This document shows, one piece after another, positions 63,641 through 64,000 of a DNA stretch of 64,000 nt (position 1 is the first letter of the stretch; each line of letters begins with the position of its first letter). Source of the DNA: Escherichia coli (lineage in GTDB: Bacteria > Pseudomonadota > Gammaproteobacteria > Enterobacterales > Enterobacteriaceae); assembly GCF_050320075.1 (NCBI RefSeq), contig NZ_CP190018.1; one strand, written 5' to 3'. The notes under the pieces were generated by a model that was given only the letters and a program-made list of their open reading frames with translations, had not been told where the DNA came from and searched no databases. A program made the translations under genes and the position numbers.

Positions 63641-64000
63641 CTGGTTGTGCACCTTATTTTTACGACAAAGTATCGACGCAAACTATTCGACAGTCAGATG
63701 ATCGCTCAGTTGCGTGAGGCTTTTGGCTCCGCTGCGGCAAAGCTTGAATGCGAAATTATTGAGATGGACGGGGAGCCAGACCATGTACACCTGCTGGTTG
63801 CCTACCCGCCAAAACTGGCGGTCAGTGTGATGGTCAATAATTTAAAATCGGTATCATCACGTTTGCTACGCCAGCAGAACGCGCATTTACGCATGCAGAG
63901 TAAAACGGGGCTTTTGTGGTCGAGATCGTACTTTGTCTGTAGCACCGGAGAGGCAACGATTGAAACGCTCAGAGCCTACGTTCAGAGTCAGTCAACACCT
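63641..64000 (+). CDS. tnpA: IS200-type Y1 transposase TnpA, partial (3' end beyond window; start codon unclear)
   Basis: Frame translates to ...LVVHLIFTTKYRRKLF...DHVHLLVAYPP...WSRSYF... (HUH motif and catalytic Tyr); no in-frame ATG between the upstream stop at 63569 and the HUH domain. Confidence 0.7.
   Translation, partial: MVVHLIFTTKYRRKLFDSQMIAQLREAFGSAAAKLECEIIEMDGEPDHVHLLVAYPPKLAVSVMVNNLKSVSSRLLRQQNAHLRMQSKTGLLWSRSYFVCSTGEATIETLRAYVQSQSTP

Larger units (their letters stand above)
62195..64000. mobile_element. IS200/IS605-family insertion sequence (tnpB leftward, tnpA rightward), extends beyond window end
   Basis: TnpB-type 389-aa ORF plus divergent Y1/HUH transposase ORF; subterminal hairpin at 62200-62238 directly after the yebE stop. 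Confidence 0.8.

Overview
Escherichia coli chromosomal segment with a K-12-like backbone. Gene order (window orientation): otsA 3' end, uspC, the flagellar/chemotaxis cluster flhDC-motAB-cheAW-tar-tap-cheRBYZ-flhBAE, argS, yecM, cutC, torYZ, cmoBA, yecN, yecE, yecD, aspS, nudB, yebC, ruvC, yebB, ruvAB, znuBC/znuA, mepM, lpxM, pykA, hexR, zwf-edd-eda, purT, yebG, yebF, yebE, then an IS200/IS605-family element (tnpB plus partial tnpA) running off the window. The main non-core feature is a ~12.2 kb AT-rich integrative element (about 27124-39369) inserted inside the yecE coding sequence. The two yecE halves rejoin in frame to a 272-aa protein across a 7-bp direct repeat AAAATCA. The element carries a large serine recombinase at the right end, a phage-type Dam methyltransferase, a replication-initiator-like gene with internal 23-bp iterons, an HNH/NUMOD4-like small protein, several small unknown genes, a tape-measure-like 710-aa protein and one possible virion protein. 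I found no recognisable capsid, portal, terminase or lysis genes, so it looks like a satellite-like element or a reduced prophage. At its left end sits an isolated, counter-oriented 306-aa gene with its own terminator, followed by a 1.1 kb ORF-free, palindrome-dense spacer; I rate this the best candidate for an undescribed accessory or defence function. All calls are from reading the sequence and the ORF translations; no database search or computation was run.
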